Below, piece by piece: positions 52,329-61,350 of a stretch of 64,000 nt of DNA; position 1 is the first letter of the stretch, and each line of letters begins with the position of its first letter. The DNA is from Phoronis australis (lineage: Eukaryota > Animalia > Phoronida): positions 128,624 through 192,623 of the forward strand of contig NMRA01000310.1 of NCBI GenBank assembly GCA_002633005.1. Direction: 5' to 3'. The notes under the pieces are model-generated. The model had not been told where the DNA came from. It was given only the letters and a program-made list of their open reading frames with translations, and did not search any database. The position numbers and the translations under genes were made by a program.

Positions 52329-55057
52329 GTAGTCCCATTGCCAGGAATGGGTACACTGAAGTGTTTAGTATCGTAAGGTCATGCCTAGGTAGCGCCCCTG
52401 AAGATTTAGCGGTTATAATCGCATTTTTCAAATAATATGCAAATTAAGGCTGCCATTAAACAAAATTTCATTTTTTTCGGATACCTCCCATACCATGCTC
52501 TGCAGGAATATTATTTTGATGCTTTCAGCAATGCTTCTGTGTTCATTGAATATAACGGAGCTACTTTGGAGGTGGATGCGTCGAGAATTTGCTTAGATAA
52601 TCCAAATTAAGGCAGTCATTATCTAAAAATTCTACTGGTTCCTGTTGCTGCCGGTATCAGGATCAACAGGCTAATACCTTTGATATTTGAACCCAAGCTG
52701 TTGCTGGTGAATTTACGTAAATTATGCAATAATTATCAAATATGCTATTTAAAATATTGTTTCTACTCATGATACCGTCTCACTCGCGTTTACTTGTAGA
52801 TTGGTTTGATATTTAGACCCACGTACGTGTGGTCAGTGAACTTACGAAATCAGTGTGCAGGTCATTACACAATAAAATTATATAATTTATGAACGTTGAG
52901 ACCACCAAGAGTACTTTGGTTCGTCGTCTTCGTTACGATGACTCTTGAAGGCTTGATAAATTTCGAGAGGCTTGCGTGACTGCACAATTTGAAAAAGATC
53001 TGAAATTATTTTCAGAAGTGTGCTGCTAGTAAGGCGAATCGTCTTACTTATAGCGACGTCACTAAGATCAGCACCCGGATATTCCTACCCGTAGCTCTGC
53101 CTTCATCCATGATTTGTCTAACAACTACAGCCAAGCTTAACAAACTTTAAAGATTTGCTTAGAAAACTCCGAAAACCAACAAGCGAGGAACAATCGGACG
53201 TCATTCATTTTGGTTAGCGTGCTTATTGTCCATGCGCGCACCCTGGGGTGGGGGGCTCGGGGAGCTCGAATGAGCCCCCCCATTTGGCGAATTAAGCAAA
53301 AAGGTCCGTCTCAGAGAAACAAAAAATCCGAGAAAACTAGGCAAAAGTCCACTAAATAGGCAGGAATCACGTATCCCGTTTTTTTAGTAAAAGGTCCACA
53401 TTCTCAAAAATTCGAGCACCTGTATTTTTGGCTGGGTGCGCGCACGTTATCAGTTACACTCCTCGATGTGTCTTCGTCACACTTGTGACATATCTCATTC
53501 CCAACTGACATAAAACGGTCATAAACAGGGATAGAACTTAGAATTCTAGTCTAACAAGCACATTTTTGGTTCCAAATTTCGAAATTTTTAACAAAACCCA
53601 CGAATAAAGATTTTCATGGGCTTAAACAAACAATTCAAACCCCGACAACAATACTTGTGATATTGTACATCTGCAGTTTACACATCAGAGAGCGACCCTG
53701 TGACTCATGCAACACGTTCCCGTCTCATACGATTTTTAAAACTTTTGTAAACAACAAAGAAAGCAAAAACGCAAGAAATTTAAAGAACTATAAAGCAGGT
53801 AATTAAAAAAATAATGATTGAGCACGGAGAACCGCAGTATTGGGTAGAAACTTATTGCATCATGTTACAAAATGCTATTAGAATGGAAATCGAGTAAAAT
53901 CATCACAGTATTGTGTAAAAATTTATATTAAGGACATTGTATTAAATTACATTGCACTACTCTGTACAATGTTATAACATTGCTATTAGGAAGTAAGAGT
54001 TCTTGAAATCTACTAATTTTACGTTAGATGTTGAAGTTATCGCCGTCACAGAAAAGAGGAAATCAAAAGAGTATTAAACGAAATTTGCTGGCGTGACCAA
54101 AGGAAATACGGAATTCAACACCACCCAAGGATATTCCCTTTCTTGAAATCCTAATAACCGGTACCCGGAACTGTGTATGGAGCATTTTCGGTGCACGGGT
54201 GGAGTTTAGCGGTGCAGATCTGGAGATTCGTACCCTGGGTTTGGTGTTTGCTGTTCAGGGACTGGAGTTAGGATGTAGTACCTGGAACGCAGAGGTGCCG
54301 ATCATGGAACCATTTGCACCTCTGGATAGCATGCTATTGGTAATCAATTGAACACTATTCTTCATAGAAACTCAACGGGAATTACATGACGCGTTGAAAC
54401 TTTGCATCTAATTAAAAGTGTTTGAGTCATCTAATACGTCGACCTTTATCTGCATAAATTACAAAGAATTTTGATGCAATTACCTACTCAATGATTTCAA
54501 TAAATTCATTGACCACGAAAACATGGGTACAAATTTCAAAATGATCTAAAGGTAGTTCCCCGTGAGGAAGGTATATGCAGAAACAGTTTTTCTGCAATAA
54601 TGGCATCCATTATTTGCATAAATTCCTCTAATTTTTCATGGAACAACTTGCAAATTGATTTCATTAATTTAATTGACCATGGCTGCAAGTATCAATGTAA
54701 TTTACATGTGGTACTGAGTACCTCAGCTATAAGCAGAATAAGATGTTTAAATTATGGCGACCTTAATTTGCATAAGTTATGCAAATTCCCGATTTATTCA
54801 CTAGCTCCGTAAAATTCACACTGACCGCGGAAACATACGTAAAGTATTAAATTAATCTACTTGGCAACTAATAGACTATGAGCAAAAACAGAAACAATGG
54901 CAACCTAAATTTGCATATCAAAAAATGATAAAGGTTGCAAAAATTACAACCCGCCAAAATGCTTCGAGGAGTTCACTTCAACACGAAACAATCAAAAAGC
55001 TTTATACTACTAAGAATTTCCAGGTGCCATAAGGGGACCCTGTGCGTGGCCACTAGA
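52326..55057. mobile_element. Two inverted members or ends of a DNA-transposon-derived family (52326-52900 and 54400-55057)
   Basis: Repeated tatgcaaatta.ggc.gccatt motifs on + at 52430-52750 and their reverse complements (atggc..cc.aatttgcata) at 54440-54920. Confidence 0.5.
53231..53446. mobile_element. MITE family B copy 3, TSD TTGTC/TTATC
   Basis: Same TIRs and internal aaaggtcc/ctcaga motifs. TSD matches 4 of 5. Confidence 0.8.
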
Positions 55058-56451
55058 ATGTAGATAGAACTGTATATAATATTAAAAATAGTCTCTCGTT
55101 CTACACATACGAGAAACATTTGTAGGGAAATTCATCACGCAAAGTTTCCCGTGTTCCCCGTGCCCCATTTTCCCCTACATACTGCCATTGTTTTATACGC
55201 CGGGCTTATGCAAACGAAAAAGCGATCAAAGTGTGCACATCAGTACAACGGGTTGTTCCGCACCTCGAAAAGTTTACAATAACAATACAGTTCTGAGCAT
55301 GTAAACTCCCATACTTCTTTAGAACAACAACCAGGGCATGGTAACGATCCATAGATGCGCCTCTACGTCCCAGCCATACGGTCTCCTGAATCCAAGTTCC
55401 GGACCACGAGCAATCCCCAAACTCGTGGTATAAACTCCATACCCACGCTCTTAAACTCCACTCACTTTTAAAACAATTAGCTCGTCACAAAGTGATAGAC
55501 ATTAACCATACAAATTGGAATAGTTCTTTCAAACAAAGGCATATGAGCAGGGTTATCCCTGAACAAACAAAAAATCAAACATGGTGCAAATTTCGCACCG
55601 TGTTTTTTGTATCCTAATTCCTTCTCTGTTGCAATCATTTATCTCGTAACTCAGTCATTTCGAACATGGCTCATTTAAACATGGTGTAATGCCGTGTTTG
55701 AACATATTTGTGGATAACACTGGACAGGGCAGGAAATAAATTGAAGGAGTTAGGAGAAGTTTCAAGAGAGGGGATGCGGCGTTACGTTTAGTTTGGTTTG
55801 GATTCTGGGGTGGATTGTAGAAAAGAATTAAATGTTACATTCTGACCCACATTTCCAATAGTTTGTTGCGATGCGATAGTGTCAGTGGCGGAATTAACAC
55901 CACAATCTTTCGCTCAGTACACATGACATTTTGCTTGTTAAAAACTAATTGTTATTCAATGAATCACTAAACCCGATGGAAAAGAGAAATAACTTCTAAA
56001 GCACCAGGCAATTATGGTTATTTTGATCGCAATGGTTTAAAAACAGGCACGTCTTCAATTTAGTAGTTCACTCGACTAATGGATTTCCTTTCGCAGTTTA
56101 AAGGAATCAATTTTAAAGTTAACACAGATTTGTCACGTGACAAATTATTTTTGAGGACGATCAATCACTTGCAAAAGATCTTAACATAAAAATGTTCGTC
56201 AATTTTTATACCCACATACAATTTTCTAAGCTCACCCCGTTGAATCAATTTAATCTAAACGATATGAAAATTTGCAAGTCGATTCCTCAACTTGTTTTAG
56301 CCAATCGTTAATTTTTCAAAGTGCAGTGCACCATGACACTTCAGCCCAGCTGTTCATTCGTTACCCAACTCGACATCGTCTGGTTTAAGACTTGAAGTTG
56401 TAACAAGCTTAATTTAAACCATCTACGTCCATCAATAAGGATTTTACTTGC

Positions 56452-56525
56452 CTGTCGCCCAAACTGAACCAAGCGTGCGCCGACCGACTCGATGGCAAGG
56501 TCCACCACACGGAGACCTGCGTCAT
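56452..56525 (-). CDS. Candidate first coding exon with a GC donor (MTQVSVWWTLPSSRSAHAWFSLGD)
   Basis: GC-rich patch ending in the canonical GC-AG intron donor CAG|gcaagt (phase 2 from the ATG at 56525). Confidence 0.3.
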
Positions 56526-57330
56526 GGACCGCCAGGGTACAATGTTAATGGCTTTCCGCGTGTCAGCTATCCTATTGTTTATGCCAGGTACTGCCGTATC
56601 ATGCTTGAATTTTGTATCCGGCTAACGAGTATTCATAAGCATTATACCTCTAGCAGATGATACTTGTTGCCATGGTTACGATAGCGACAATTGTCGAATA
56701 GACATCCCAGTAATATTAAGCTAATGAATCGATTCAGATTACTGTAGCAGACGGCATTGACCTTCAAAAGTACCAACAGGGAGAGCTGCTGAGTCTTCAG
56801 CCAACAGTTGAGAGTTGAAGATTTGAAGAAGAAAATAATCGGATAGAATTCAGCGAGTGATACTCTGAACACACTTATGGCTCTATGTCATTTAAAAGCC
56901 ACTGGTCTATATTCCACGTAAGAACTTGTAGACAATCGTCAAGTACGTAACGTCATTAGAGAGCAGCTACACAAACACACTCTTGAGAATTAATTTACCC
57001 TTATTGCAACACTGGCAACTCTTTGTTCCAGAACAATATCCCCATGTCTACCTTAGTTAATTAGTTATGAAACTGTGCACATCTGAATTCAATGGTATTA
57101 TCGACTGTTGTCATTGCATTCCATACTATATCATAATACTCTGACACGCTGCAAGTTTCAGACCAAAGTTTTCTAATGCTGGATAGATATATCTCTTCTG
57201 AGGAAATGAATTACCGGTATCCACATTTTACGACTATCGTATGCGACTACTATGAGCTGAAAGACGGTACATTTAGACTGCAAAAGCTTCCAATTCTGGA
57301 GAATAGGTTGGTCATTGGTCTCTAAAGGGA

Positions 57331-57612
57331 TTGCAGTATAAGATGATCACTTACTTAGAGACGTGGTAGGTTGGTTGCAGACGTTTCAACCTGGTCCGCC
57401 AGGTCTTTGTCAATGAATGAGGGATTTTCCGCCTTTCGCTGATTAAGAACGTTTGAACACATGGGAGGAACCGAGGCCTCCAGTTACCTCCCATGTTTAA
57501 CCAGCGAAAGGCGGGAAATCCCTCATTCATTGACAAAGACCTGGCGGACCAGGTCGAAACGTCTGCAACTAACCTACCACGTCTCTAAGTAAGTGATCGT
57601 CTTATACTGCAA
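57331..57612. mobile_element. Near-perfect 282-bp palindrome of two inverted Penelope-like terminal-repeat fragments
   Basis: Arms of about 115 bp (57331-57448 and 57497-57612) are reverse complements with few mismatches, with an inner hairpin. Each arm contains a hammerhead-like core. Confidence 0.7.
57526..57568 (+). ncRNA. Minimal type-I hammerhead-ribozyme-like motif (PLE type)
   Basis: TTGACAA-A-[GACCTGG cgga CCAGGTC]-GAAAC-GTC: a U3-A8 variant of the CUGANGA core, perfect 7-bp stem II, GAAA, minimal stem III. Stem I is weak. A mirror copy lies on the minus strand at 57380-57413. Confidence 0.6.
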
Positions 57613-57909
57613 AAGCTTCCAAATTATATAATTGGATGAAAGGTAGGTACCAACCGGTCACGATCCGTAGTGTCTGAGGGTACCTGATTTTCATACTGAT
57701 TCTGGTTCTATTCCAACACCCATGGTACCCGCTGCTTTCACAGCTGCGGAACCAGCGAAGTAAGTAAATTAAAGTAAGTAAAACTTTTACTTTAAATCGA
57801 TGTGGGTAGATACAACAAAAGACAATATTAAAACAGGTGCTTATTAATTGAAAATACATGTGTAGAGAATTATATGCAGAGAGGTATTGTAGCATATATG
57901 CAGATGAAA

Positions 57910-58110
57910 CCAAGTAGCACGTTTAACAGAAGTGACACACTGAATTACGTCATCACCGCCATAAAGAAATAAACCAAGGTCACAGAGATCTTGACGGCCA
58001 AATAACATCTCCTTAAATTTATCCACGTTGGCAGGCATGTGATTTAATACAAACCAATCCAATGCGTTAACAGTTGCATTATTCAAATCCCTTCTTACGT
58101 TGTCCACACT
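57910..58110 (-). pseudogene. Degenerate non-LTR reverse transcriptase fragment
   Basis: DLNNATVNALDWFVLNHMPANVDKFKEMLFG...IQCVTSVK matches the W...N.M..N..K...M.F motif found downstream of YADD in LINE RTs. Confidence 0.7.
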
Positions 58111-58540
58111 GTGGTTCCCGGCTCTCAATCTTAAAAATTAGGAAAAACCACGATTGGGCAGAACTGAATCAAAGCGTCATCAACACTTTTTCCATGAGAA
58201 CAGATGCAAAATCAACAAGGAATCTGTGAAAAAGACCAATTGAGAACCGGACTTTCTCTAGCAAAATGCGATGTTCTCTGAACATACAAAATTGAGTTAA
58301 AACAAGATTATTTATAGTAGAGCTATCTGAGTGTTCACACGGGGTTTGCGTACTTAATACGAGTACATGCACGTATAGAGTCGCACTTGAGATTGCGCGA
58401 ACCTGCATCCCTCATTTCTGTGTTCCTTGGTTACTAAAGTGTCACAGTTTAGTCAAAACATTTGCGAGATAACATCTAAATCAGAAGGTAATGTACAATT
58501 TGTTTTGTTCTGCCACACAAAGAATACAAAGTAAAACCTG

Positions 58541-58691
58541 GCGTGCGTTCAGTAACGCTAGGACCTACGCTAGGACCTAGCTAAAATCTAACCAAAGTCA
58601 CGTGATCTCATTTAAAATACATAGCAATATCTCGCGTGATCTCGCGAAGTCTTGCTTTTTAGCGAGGTCCTAGCGCTACTGAACGGGAGAC
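58541..58691. mobile_element. MITE family A (~150 bp; TIR core GTTCAGTAACGCTAGGACCT); copies at 7416-7525, 16589-16752, 20932-21030, 23365-23512, 31934-32084
   Basis: Six copies in both orientations share gcaagactttgcgagattacgcgagatattgccgtgtattttaaatgagaacacgtga and 20-bp inverted termini. Confidence 0.9.
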
Positions 58692-59965
58692 TGGCCGGCA
58701 GCAGATGTACATCCGGGACCAAAAGACAGACATGCTGCACACAAGGAGCACTACATATTCCCCGTGTCCACAAAAAGAGAAATAGTACAGCCTAGAACCC
58801 AGACTACAGCACGTGCCTAGATCCCCTAAACACCAGCGCGATCCGTCCTTGAATCATACATCCGTGTGTATCGTTTCTTTTTTTCAGCCGCATAATTGGT
58901 TCCTCTATCATAACTATTAGATATTCATGAAAAGCTCTCGGTTTAACGCGGCACCTTTCGAGATCTGATTTTTAAAATCATCTTCCATGAAGCATAGTCA
59001 GAAACTTGGTATTATGCTTCTAGTTAGTGAGATAATTTCTATGAGGGCTCACTTGAGGAAAAGTGCTAAGTCTATAAGAATAAATACATAACAGCTAGTT
59101 ACTAAGATAATTTCCATGGGTCATTTCCAGACTGTGATGCGCTACATTTACGTGACTAAACAGGCATTCAGCAAATGTGAAGTGGGTGTGTAAGACCAAA
59201 TTCAAAGACTTTAACAAGACAATTCACTAAAGCCGCTGCCATTATTTTGTCATGGACCGTAGCGACACCTAGCAGCTGTGTGTGCGCCGATGACGTACGC
59301 AAGTGGTTGACTATCGCCGATTTTAGTTTGTCAAATTCAAAATTGTTAGTGAAGTGTCTTTGTTTAAAACATTGAAAACAAAAAACATGAGCAGTGTAAT
59401 GGTAAAATACACCTAGGCAAAATATAGAGTAAATCAAGATAAATTTGGGCAGCAAAGGTAATGTGAATTGCGAAAAATACACCATAAAGCAAGAAGGTGA
59501 CTCAGTAATAAGAGGTGAGCTGGTGAAAGTAGATTACCGGAGGGTGGGCAGGTACATAACCTGTAGGATTTTGTCCAGTGAGGTCAGGTATGTAATAAAC
59601 ATAAAATAGATCTTCTCAAAGAAGAGGTGGGAGCAAAAACGGGGGAGGGGCGCCCCTTAACCAAAAGGTTGGCGGTGGAGATAGCTCTCTTTCCCCAATA
59701 TTCCAGATGTTAATATCAATTAATTAACAATTAATTATTAAAAATTTCAACGCACAAATTTTGTTTTAAAATAAAATTGAAAAATTAACAGACTCTCCTC
59801 CCCCAATCATGAAATGTTTCCTACGCCAATGTGAAAAAATGCCCTCTTACGCCATTCAAACACGGGTAGAGATCTTTGTTGCGAAAATCCACACCTTAAA
59901 ACATTCTAGGTTCAAGCAGGGGATCTGTGCCCAGTTACATGAAACTGTCCAAATTACCGACTCAA

Positions 59966-60132
59966 CAGGAGCAGATCCAGGATTTTTTAAAAGGGGGGGG
60001 GGTCGGATCAATGATTTTTTAAGAAGGGTAGCCCAAGTCAACAATTTGAAAATTGTAGATTTGATATCACTAAAATCAAGGAATGATGGGGGTCCGAACC
60101 CCTTTGGCACCCCCACCCTGTATCCGCTTGTT
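59966..60132. mobile_element. MITE (CAGGAGCAGATCC terminus), 5-bp TSD CTCAA; related copy at 16227-16353
   Basis: Flanked by ctcaa on each side. The internal ggtcggatcaa...tttttaagaaggg..ccaagtcaacaatttgaaaatt motif is shared with the 16227 copy. Confidence 0.8.
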
Positions 60133-60375
60133 CTCAACTGAGTTGCTATATTGTTTATGTATTTTTTCGTATTTATTCACAGTTTTATATTTTCTATCAT
60201 TTCGTCTTTATTACGAGCGCCTCTTTTGACTTATATAACGTTTTCTAATTAACTAAAACCTGAGCCCTTAATTCAGTCAAATTATTTAGGGACTTAGTCC
60301 TTGAATTAGGGGCGTTGCATGAAAAGATCCCTACTTATTTTCAATAATATTGAGAATCCAAAGTAGAAAGCTCAC

Positions 60376-60460
60376 AAATACGCAGTAGTTTTAAGGAACA
60401 GAGTGGAGAATCTATTTGGGACTGATTCCCTGGATCCCCGGTATTCGCGCCTGATGGTAT
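60376..60460 (-). CDS. Candidate exon (TIRREYRGSRESVPNRFSTLFLKTTAY)
   Basis: cccatttcag| acceptor, TTT|gtgagc donor, 85 nt open. Confidence 0.25.
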
Positions 60461-61006
60461 CTGAAATGGGTAGCGAATTGGGGTGGGTTGTAGTGAATGA
60501 AACTGTATTCAAGAGGGGTAGAGGGTTAAAAACCAGCAAGAGATGGAATTCCTGTTTGCAGTCCAATAAAACCTGACTTGGATGCCCACATAAAACAGCC
60601 AAAATGCCTATTGAATACACAGTCCATTTGCGATAGCTTTTACGATGCTTTCCAGCTCTCGTAAACTATTCACGTTTTTTAAAATCAACTATCAGCAGTT
60701 AGTTGAAGCATATTAAGCGAATATCCTCAGGTAAAAATGGCCAAATTCAAAGTAACTATCTTAAGGACGCCTTGTTTCCTGACATGATGTTTTAAGACCC
60801 GTATCAAAACAAAAATCTAAACAAACGACATAGATCGTCAATGAGTGTAACGGGGTTTCCAAGGTAACACACATTCTACCGAAGTACCCACCGATCTAAG
60901 GCTCAATATGTTTTCAAAAGAGCACTTCCTTCGAGACTTGCTACGGAAAATTATCAAGCAGGTTACCAAGCCACACAATGATATTTATTACACACTGAAG
61001 TCCATA

Positions 61007-61350
61007 CAGAATTGATTGAACACACATAGTCTTTATTCCGTTACGTTCATATCTTCGGAATAAAACTCCTGTTACCCCCTTTCATTAGTCATTCTTTGCA
61101 GTATTTCACACCCCCGTGTCCTACTGTGTGTGTCATCAGCTTATGCTCTGTGGTGGCATTACTGCGTCATTTTATCTTCACTTGAGAATGAAACAAGTAT
61201 GTTTCGAAATATCGCGTGCCTCTTAATCATGTCGCTAGGTCAGTTACTTTACCTATGTTCCGTTGAGAGTAGAGTTTTTTCCCGAAGATATGAATGTAAC
61301 GGAATAAAGACTGTGAACAATGAAAAGTGTCGTGTGTTCAATCAATTCTG
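61007..61350. mobile_element. TA-flanked foldback MITE
   Basis: TA|cagaattgattgaacac...agtctttattccgttac.ttcatatcttcgg versus ccgaagatatgaatgtaacggaataaagact...gtgttcaatcaattctg|TA. Confidence 0.8.
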
